Shown: positions 1 through 6,023 of the stretch, one piece after another
How positions within the stretch are numbered: position 1 is the stretch's first letter
How the letters are laid out: each line of letters starts with the position of its first letter
Origin: Octopus sinensis
Taxonomy: Eukaryota
Length of the DNA stretch: 6,023 nucleotides
Assembly (NCBI RefSeq): GCF_006345805.1
Contig: NW_021829579.1
Coordinates: 1 to 6,023 of the forward strand
Reading direction: 5' to 3'
Position numbers and translations under genes: made by a program
The notes under the pieces: generated by a model
What the model was told of the DNA's origin: nothing
Seen by the model: only the letters and a program-made list of their open reading frames with translations
The model's database searches: none

Positions 1-34
1 GTGTGTATAGATTATGTGGTATATTTGCGTAGAT

Positions 35-53
35 TGTGTGTGTGTGTGTGTGT
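35..53. repeat. (TG)9 microsatellite
   Basis: Direct reading: tgtgtgtgtgtgtgtgtgt. Confidence 0.95.
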
Positions 54-331
54 ACGCGTTTGCGCATCAACATATATTGTTTACAGAGATGCATTAAAAT
101 AATAATTACTTCGATGGCTGTGTTTTATCTGAAATCTATCCGCGAAATATTAATAATGACTCGAGTGTTTAATATTTTCTCTAATAACATGGATGGACGG
201 TGTTGTCGGTGGAATCTTAAAGACGTGTCTAACATCGTCTGCTGTACGAGGAGTCGTGAGAAACATTGGGCAACCGTTTATTTTGAATATGCTCAACGGG
301 GTGTTGCTGAGTACCACCGGAACTATGAAAC

Positions 332-373
332 AATAATAATAATAATAATAATGATAATAATAATAATAATAAT
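332..373 (+). repeat. (AAT)n microsatellite with one GAT variant
   Basis: aataataat... run, interrupted by gat at 353-355. Confidence 0.97.
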
Positions 374-427
374 ATCAGGTGGTGCTATTAAGTTAGACAT
401 GGCCTGAACCAATCTTTGGTCGAAACA

Positions 428-453
428 TATCTAAGTTTTATCTAAGTTTTATC

Positions 454-456
<3 letters not shown>
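428..456 (+). repeat. 11-bp tandem repeat TATCTAAGTTT x2.6
   Basis: tatctaagttt tatctaagttt tatctaa; the last partial unit runs into the AAT tract. Confidence 0.9.
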
Positions 457-485
<29 letters not shown>

Positions 486-554
486 TAATAATAATAATAT
501 AATAACAACAGCAACAACAACAATAATAACAACAACAACAATAATAATAATAAT
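454..554 (+). repeat. Compound (AAT)n-(AAC)n-(AAT)n microsatellite
   Basis: Direct reading of triplet tracts. Confidence 0.97.
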
Positions 555-556
555 TG

Positions 557-980
557 CCCTGATGCAGTACCAGGCAGTGGCTCTCATGGCTTCTGATCTT
601 AACTGATTGGAAGTGTTATCATGTACGTTGTTTTGTCTTGGTATAAAAGATGGGCTACAGCAAATATTCTGCTCAATATCACAGATTTGCTTGTCAGTTG
701 TTTGACCATAACCAGTTGAGCATGCCCCTTAGTGACTGACGATATGTGCATCTCTGATCACGAGCAGAAGTAGTGGGGGAGCATCATAGTCATGTGTTGT
801 GAAGGATTCTTTGGGGTTTGAATAATTCACCTCTGGAAACATGGGTGTTTCGTTCAACGTCCTTAAACAACCCTTATTCAGGGACCTTTTGAGCGGGATG
901 GGCTACTCAACCTGAAGAAAATTCTAACTGGGCCCCACCTGCAAGGTCATGTGCTGTTTATCTTGATACGAGATCACCAT
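557..980 (+). mobile_element. Unclassified non-coding interspersed repeat, copy 1 (SINE-like or LINE 5' UTR-like); strand assumed
   Basis: 557-621 and 761-831 recur at 1821-1956; 627-689 recurs inverted at 1090-1152. Starts 2 nt after an AAT tract. No coding signature. Right end is placed at the fold-back at 978-981 and is uncertain. Confidence 0.7.
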
Positions 981-999
981 GTGATCTCATATCAAATAA

Positions 1000-1090
1000 G
1001 CCAATTACTCTTGCTATCACGTCTAACTCTCTTCATTGAGCAAAACCTTCGTATTTCCCACTTCAAATCGTCGTAGTTGTTTTTTCTTTC
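1000..1090 (-). pseudogene. ~90-bp fragment of an RLE endonuclease C-terminal region (R4/Dong-like LINE)
   Basis: Minus strand reads ERKNNYDDLKWEIRRFCSMKR then, after a frameshift, LDVIARVIG. This parallels ERKVERYDR*AWEVKQLWSMKKVAVVPIIAG in the element at 3909-5492. Confidence 0.65.
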
Positions 1091-1152
1091 AAATCTGTGG
1101 TATTGAGCAGAATATTTGCTGTAGTCCATCTTTCATACCAAGACAAAACAAC
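1090..1152 (-). repeat. Inverted 63-bp copy of 627-689
   Basis: Reverse complement matches 627-689 at 60 of 63 positions (manual count). Confidence 0.95.
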
Positions 1153-1232
1153 AACAACAACACCAACAACAACAACAACAACAACAATAATAATAATAAT
1201 AATAATATAATAATAATAATAATAATAATAAT
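1147..1232 (+). repeat. Compound (AAC)n-(AAT)n microsatellite
   Basis: Direct reading; abuts the RLE element start at 1233. Confidence 0.97.
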
Positions 1233-1796
1233 AGAGTTGGGACCTATATACACTGGAAACTATGCCAACATTATGGAATAACAACAGAAAAAAGATGGTA
1301 TAGGCACACACCAGAAGGTCACAAAAACGAGAAGCAACCATACTCTGGGATATGCCAATACACACAGATGGAAATTAAGGCCAACAGACCAGATAGTTGT
1401 CAGAGATCATGAAGAAAAAACTGTTTTCTAATTGATGTATCAATACCAGCGGATGACAACGTGTCTCTAAAAGAAACGGAGAAACTTTCAAAATACAAAG
1501 GCCTGGAATAGAGGTAACCAGAATGTGGAATCTAAAAACAGAAACAATTCCTATCATAATAGGTGAATTAGGCATGATAAAAAAATATTCAGACAAATAC
1601 ATAACAAAAACACCAGGACTTACAAACACATATAACATACAGAAAATTGCACTACTGGGTACTGCACACATCCTACGCAGAACACTTTCCATACAATAAC
1701 CATCAGAGCATCACAACAAATCACAGCACATACCCAAGGCACACAGAGCTGCGCTCGGTAGTGAAGTGAAAGCACGATATAAAAAATATACTACTG
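1233..1796 (+). mobile_element. 5'-truncated R4/Dong-like RLE non-LTR retrotransposon (endonuclease domain plus 3' UTR), frameshifted
   Basis: Stitched translation RVGTYIHWKLCQHYGITTEKRWYRHTPE/ATILWDMPIHTD/EIKANRPD/VVRDHEEK/CFLIDVSIPADDNVSLKETEKLSKYKGLE/EVTRMWNLKTETIPIIIGELGMIKKYSDKYITKTPGLTNTYNIQKIALLGTAHILRRTLSIQ* (stop 1697-1699). Shows the RPD...D...KE.EK..KY PD-(D/E)xK-type RLE motif. A ~97-nt 3' UTR ends in (AAT)6. Confidence 0.9.
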
Positions 1797-1814
1797 AATA
1801 ATAATAATAATAAT
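1797..1814 (+). repeat. (AAT)6 tail/target tract
   Basis: Lies between the RLE element 3' UTR and repeat copy 2. Confidence 0.95.
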
Positions 1815-1820
1815 GCTATA

Positions 1821-1956
1821 CCCTGATGCAGTACCAGACAGTGGCTCTCATGGCTGCTGATCTTAACTGAATTGAAGTGTTATCACGAGCAGAAGTAGTA
1901 GGGGAGCATCATAGCCGTGTGTTGAAAGGAACTCTTAGAGGTTTGGATAATTCACC
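1821..1956 (+). mobile_element. Unclassified interspersed repeat, copy 2 (internally deleted, right side truncated)
   Basis: 1821-1885 matches 557-621 (4 differences in 65); 1886-1956 matches 761-831 (about 11 in 71); 139 bp of copy 1 is missing. Confidence 0.85.
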
Positions 1957-2319
1957 GTCTAATTACGCTGGAGCGTATACTCTTCCGCTTCTTGTGGGAA
2001 GGGACGCGTCCCGATGGTCAGGCGGTCTATCTACTGTCAGCACTCGCTGCATGGTGACCTGGGCATGCCGTGCTTGATGATGTACAGACATGCACTGAAG
2101 CTACGATAACTCCAGCGCTTCCTTGACGGTGAACAGGTGTGGTCACCGTTCGCCAGGTACGTATTTCGGCAGCTAGTTCCTTTAACGGAGCTGCAGTCCT
2201 GGGTAAAACAGAGACCAAGGGGGAGCATTTGGAAAATGGAATGTCTTCAAGCACTCACAGTTCTCAGCCAATCGAACAGTGCGATAGGTGGAACGTTCAC
2301 TTTAGCATTTTATAGAGGA

Positions 2320-2699
2320 CTAGCACTGTGACCCGGCAACGCTGGGTCATAGTGCTAGTGCATGCATATACAGCTGCGTGTGCACAAACACGCGAGTACT
2401 GTCCAAATCTCCGACCAATCACATACAGCTACCTAGCATTCAATTGGCGTATCAAGTTTCGGCATTTTGATTGGTTTTTGGATTGAAAATTCACAAAAAA
2501 GTCACTTCTATTGATTTTTTTAATGGCTTTGCAGGGAGACTGGCGAAATGTAAGGATGTGCACGACCACCCTTGGACGGTTTTGAATAACCATAGAAAGT
2601 GCCATCCCTCTAACTGAAAAATTGTGGATTTGTATAAAGGACACGCACACACACCACACACACACACACACACACATTTTTTCCGTTTATATATAGAGA
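2320..2699 (-). mobile_element. 380-bp non-autonomous Helitron
   Basis: Minus strand begins TC (2699-2698) and ends CTAG (2323-2320), between A and T (plus a2319|t2700), with no TSD and a subterminal GC-rich hairpin. Removal rejoins gga|tta gtg in frame with the host LINE. Confidence 0.88.
2641..2676. repeat. Imperfect (CA)n microsatellite inside the Helitron
   Basis: acacgcacacacaccacacacacacacacacacaca. Confidence 0.95.
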
Positions 2700-2894
2700 T
2701 TAGTGGAGGAAAAAGGCGGCGACGTCCTTGGGGAGACCTTGGGCATCGAAGATCAACTAGTCGCTCTTTTCCGGAGAACTTTCGGGTCGGGACCATCGGA
2801 TAATTTCCAAAAATTCTGGCCTGACAGTGATACCGGGGAGCTTTGCCTGTTCAAGATAAACTTTACAGGCACGGAAGTACTGTCAGCCGAACAT

Positions 2895-3165
2895 TTTTTT
2901 AAATTCAATTCAATTCAATTTTTATTGGCTCAAAAAGCAAAAGCAAGGCCATGTAGGGGGACAGGGAGGGTGGTCATACAAAGAGTTCAGGCCATTTCTG
3001 GTCAAGAGAGACTTTGAACCGAGCGGTCGTCGGCATCTTCACTATCTCGTCCGGCAGCTTATTCCACGGATCCGCAACCCGGACGGAGAAATCCCCTCGC
3101 CTTCGATTGAGATGAAATCGTCGTAGAGAGAGCTTTTCGGAGTGACCCCGCAGCCCACGATCTGT
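2895..3165 (-). mobile_element. 5'-truncated CR1/L2-group LINE 3' end
   Basis: TDRGLRGHSEKLSLRRFHLNRRRGDFSVRVADPWNKLPDEIVKMPTTARFKVSLDQKWPELFV* matches the CR1-type RGH..KL...FS.RV..WN.LP....FK..LD terminus (stop 2974-2976). Followed by a short 3' UTR, AATAAA, an (AATTG)3 tail and oligo-A. Flanked by CGAACAT at 2888-2894 and 3166-3172. Confidence 0.88.
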
Positions 3166-3791
3166 CGAACATGTCCGACATGCGTGCAGGACGACGAGAC
3201 GGTCCTGCAAAAAAACCCGTCAGTGTGGGACGGATTCAGCTGTCAACTGAATCTATCGTGAAGATCGTCCCGCCTCTTTCCTTTAACCGGGAAGAAAAAG
3301 CTATTTTATATTCCAGGTGGCCTTGACGAAAAAGGTTGTATGGTGGACGAGATTGAAGGGGCTGAAGACAAACACTTTTCTCTTTGGCCAATTCCTGATC
3401 AACTTCTTCAAGTTTCACTTGAAAAGGAAAATACGGGAAGAGAGAGAAGTGTTGTCTTCTGGTCTCAGTTTGCTGAAAGGTGGATGAAAGTGGAGAGAAT
3501 GGTGCGAGTGAACAGACCTGGCCTAAAACGCCTGTATCGTAAATAGAAAAGAAAAAAGGAACCTGCCCCAAAAGTCAGGGTACCTATGGTGTTTTTATGG
3601 GTTTTTCCATGAGCAATCGTCGATCTTCGCTTTCCTATTGAGGATCACACATTGTTGATTTTTTTCTAATTTTGTTAGTCGTGTTTACATGCAAAACCCT
3701 CACAACACACGCTCACACACATTCTTTGTATTTTCCTGTACTGCCCATAAAGTTTTTCTTAATGTAAATCTTTGCGGTTAATAAAGAAATC

Positions 3792-3908
<117 letters not shown>

Positions 3909-4594
3909 GCCTTTGCTCAGCTTCTAACACTGGAAATGTACTACGGTGTCAGCTGTTCACAACCAGTGAACTAATGTAACACCTCTTATTTTTCGAGCAC
4001 CTTCCGGAGTATTCGAGTGGTTCCAAGCAGTGCTGTTTTCTGCAAATGCTCCACTCTTATTGCAGCTCCTATTTGATCCACGTACTTCTCGAGATTTTTG
4101 CTCATTGTTCCCAGGGCTCCGGCAATTATTGGTACTACTGCTACTTTTTTCATCGACCACAACTGCTTAACTTCCCAAGCTCACCTGTCATATCTCTCAA
4201 CTTTTCTTTCTTCCTTATCGCATACCTTGTTGTCAGCTGGGCATGCTATATCTATGATACAGCATAGTTTGTTTTCTTTCTCAATTAATACTATGTCCGG
4301 CTTCCTATTCTCTTTCACATGGTCGCACATAAAATCTTATAGGATCTTTGCATTTCTATTTTCGACGATGCCTTCAGGTTTGTGATCGTACCAATTTTTT
4401 GCTCTGTCAAGTCCATACTTGTTGCAAACTGTCCAATGGACAAGCCTAGCTATATTGTCATGGCGTCTCTTATATTCCTTCTGGGCTCGTGACGTACATT
4501 GGCTGGTAATATGCCATGCGGTTTCACCATTTTGTCCACATATTCTGCACTTATCACTTTCTGCTGTGCTGTCTATTCTGTATTTTATGTAATT

Positions 4595-5179
4595 TGTTCT
4601 TAGTGTTTGCTCTTGGGTAGCACGGATTAGAACCTCCGTTTCCGGTTTTAAATCACTTTGACTCATCCACAGCCATCTTTTTTCTCTCTCTTATCTTTTA
4701 CTCATCCACAGCCATCTTTTTCTCTGTCTTATCCCTATGAAATTCACCATGCATTCTTTTCTTTATCCACCTATTTTCAGTTTCATTCATTTTCAAGTCC
4801 TTGTATAGAGCTTTATCTTTGCAATCTTCCATCCTACACAAGCCTGGCCTTCTTACTTCTAATAATAGCGGTTATGTGGCATTTTTTTTACATACCATGC
4901 TATGTTCTTAGTGCTTGCTCTTGGGCAGCAAAGATTAGAGCCTTCGTTTCCTGTTTTAAATCACTTTTAGTCATCTACAGCCATCTTTTCTCTCTGTCTT
5001 ATCTTCAACATCCCTATGAAATTGACCATGCATTCTTTTCTTTATCCACCTATTTGCAGTTTCATTCGTTTCCAATTTCTTGTTCAGTGCTTTATCTTTG
5101 CAATTTTTCATCTTACACAAATCTGACCTTCTTACTTCTAATAATAGCGATTCTGTGGTATTGTTTACATACCATGCAA
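4595..5179. repeat. Internal direct duplication in the RLE element (unit A 4595-4902, unit B 4903-5179)
   Basis: Both units begin tgttcttagtg and end ttacataccatgc; roughly 85-88% identity by manual comparison. Confidence 0.92.
4661..4733. repeat. 39-bp-period tandem duplication within unit A
   Basis: actcatccacagccatcttttt(t)ctct(c/g)tcttatc starts at 4661 and again at 4700. Confidence 0.92.
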
Positions 5180-5492
5180 TGTTATTTTCTTCTGCTCTAA
5201 TGCTGTGTTCGCATCCAATAAGTCCTCTTCCCCCTCTTTTTCTTGGTACATACAGTCTGTGTCAGATTTGGGTGGAGTGACCCATATCTAGCTAGCAACT
5301 TCTTTGTCTTTCTGTCTAAGCTGTTTAGTTCGTCTACTGTCAATGTGATTACCCCTGCTCTATATCTAAGGGGGGAAACCGCCCAGTTGTTGATAGCTTC
5401 AATCTTATTCCGTCCGTTTAATTTCGACTTAAGGAAGTCTCCACCTTAAATTATTCTGTCATTTCTTTCTCCATCAATTTATCCATTTCCAT

Positions 5493-5530
5493 TTGTTGTT
5501 GTTGTTGTTGTTATTATTATTATTATTATT

Positions 5531-5567
<37 letters not shown>

Positions 5568-5676
5568 ATCGTCATCATTATTATTATTATTATTATTATT
5601 ATTCATTATTAGTATTATTATTATTATCAATCATCATCATCATCATTCATCATCATCATCATCATCAATCATGTCA

Positions 5677-5749
<73 letters not shown>

Positions 5750-5811
5750 TATTATCATTATTATTATTATTATATTTTATTATTATTATTATTATTATCA
5801 TCATCATCATC
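5493..5811. repeat. Long compound (GTT)n/(ATT)n/(ATC)n microsatellite
   Basis: Direct reading; abuts the 5' truncation point of the minus-strand RLE element. Confidence 0.97.
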
Positions 5812-6023
5812 CTTTTCTACTAATTTTGTTACTGTTTTTTTGCCGAGTGTCTTCCCTACACCTAAGGCAAAGAAACTCACTGTATACATTGGTAAGCCAT
5901 TAAAATAAACACACCAGATTGTTAATTTACAAAATTATTTATTTCTCTACTTTCTATCATATATCCTCTGTTATATCCTTTAATGTGAAAACATTTACCC
6001 TTGATTCATTGATGGTAACCCCA

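Larger units (their letters stand above)
1957..3790 (+). mobile_element. Decayed L1/Tx1-type LINE, ORF2 C-terminal region and probable 3' UTR, split by two nested insertions (host pieces 1957-2319, 2700-2894, 3166-~3790)
   Basis: Stitched translation LERILFRFLW/KGRVPMVRRSIYCQHSLHGDLGMPCLMMYRHALKLR*LQRFLDGEQVWSPFARY...LAFYRG|LVEEKGGDVLGETLG...DNFQK/LA*Q*YRGALPVQDKLYRHGSTVSRT|CPTCVQDDETVLQ..C/VGRIQLSTESIVKI.../VALTKKVVWWTRLKGLKT...FFKFHLKRKIREERE/FAERWMKVERM...* (stop 3544-3546). FLWKG..GxLGMP and W..YRGALPV..L....CPxC....ETVxH are typical post-RT and zinc-knuckle motifs of L1/Tx1 ORF2. AATAAA at 3780-3785 may mark the 3' end (less certain). Confidence 0.8.
3909..5492 (-). mobile_element. 5'-truncated R4/Dong-like RLE non-LTR retrotransposon, second subfamily (post-RT region, CCHC knuckle, RLE domain, 3' UTR)
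   Basis: MEMDKLMEKEMTE*/LKSKLNGRNKIEAINNWAVSPLRYRAGV...LDRKTKKLL..GSLHP/KSDTD/LYVPRKRGGRGLIGCE...MHGQFHRD...AAQEQALRT; CRICGQNGETAWHITSQC (CX2CX8HX4C); YKRRHDNIARLVHW; KIL*DF..RKPDIV...IIDIACPADNKVCDKEERKVERY...VPIIAGALG...QKTALLGTTRILRKVLEK* (stop 3986-3988). From 4666 to 3986 it is one frame with two premature stops. Confidence 0.93.

Noticed and set aside
36-407. 123-aa ORF on plus
   Set aside because: Starts in a TG repeat and ends in poly-Ile from AAT; no recognisable domain.
731-855. Hammerhead-like pieces: CTGACGA at 736-742 and GAAACATGGGTGTT near 836
   Set aside because: No credible stem II between the motifs, and stem I is only 5 bp with two wobble pairs.
1036-1365. ORFs with poly-N/I and poly-Y/I/V
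   Set aside because: Translations of the AAC/AAT microsatellite.
1375-1692. 105-aa hydrophobic ORF on minus
   Set aside because: Antisense shadow of the A-rich RLE coding strand.
2126-2177. Hairpin plus CTAGT resembling a plus-strand Helitron 3' end
   Set aside because: Lies within continuous L1/Tx1 coding sequence, the hairpin is over 20 nt from the CTAG, and no matching 5' TC end was found.
2290-2319. Apparent second Helitron 5' end (minus-strand TCCTCTATAAAA)
   Set aside because: These bases encode LAFYRG in frame with the host LINE across the excised Helitron.
2429-2796. Minus-strand ORFs with CVCVCV
   Set aside because: Run through the Helitron CA/TG microsatellite.
2956-2973. G-rich run gggggacagggagggtgg (possible G-quadruplex)
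   Set aside because: Fourth G-run has only two G; it is the complement of the C-rich CR1 3' UTR.
3163-3233. Three adjacent palindromes/hairpins, one followed by an A-run (terminator-like)
   Set aside because: The A-run is on the wrong side for an intrinsic terminator, the context is eukaryotic, and the sequence is explained as L1/Tx1 zinc-knuckle codons plus the TSD.
4595-5179. CRISPR-like or satellite interpretation of the direct repeats
   Set aside because: Only two long units, no repeat-spacer pattern, and the repeats are LINE coding sequence.
4046-5449. Plus-strand ORFs including the 180-aa ORF at 4658-5200
   Set aside because: Antisense to the RLE element; the internal repeats reflect the DNA duplications.

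Overview
Eukaryotic, repeat-saturated DNA with no recognisable host gene. The mix of AAT/AAC/ATC microsatellites and retroelements suggests an invertebrate, possibly octopus-like, genome (inference only). Contents: (i) two restriction-like-endonuclease (RLE) non-LTR retrotransposon remnants of R4/Dong type, 1233-1796 (+) and 3909-5492 (-), each flanked on both sides by AAT/AAC tracts that follow the element's strand, plus a ~90-bp RLE fragment at 1000-1090 (-); (ii) an unnamed non-coding repeat starting CCCTGATGCAG right after an AAT tract, present twice (557-980, 1821-1956) plus an inverted piece (1090-1152); (iii) a decayed L1/Tx1-type ORF2 3' region (1957-~3790, +) interrupted by a 380-bp non-autonomous Helitron (2320-2699) and a 271-bp CR1-type LINE 3' end (2895-3165). 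Excising each insertion rejoins the L1/Tx1 reading frame exactly. Most supplied ORFs are microsatellite or antisense artefacts. All translations and alignments were done by eye.
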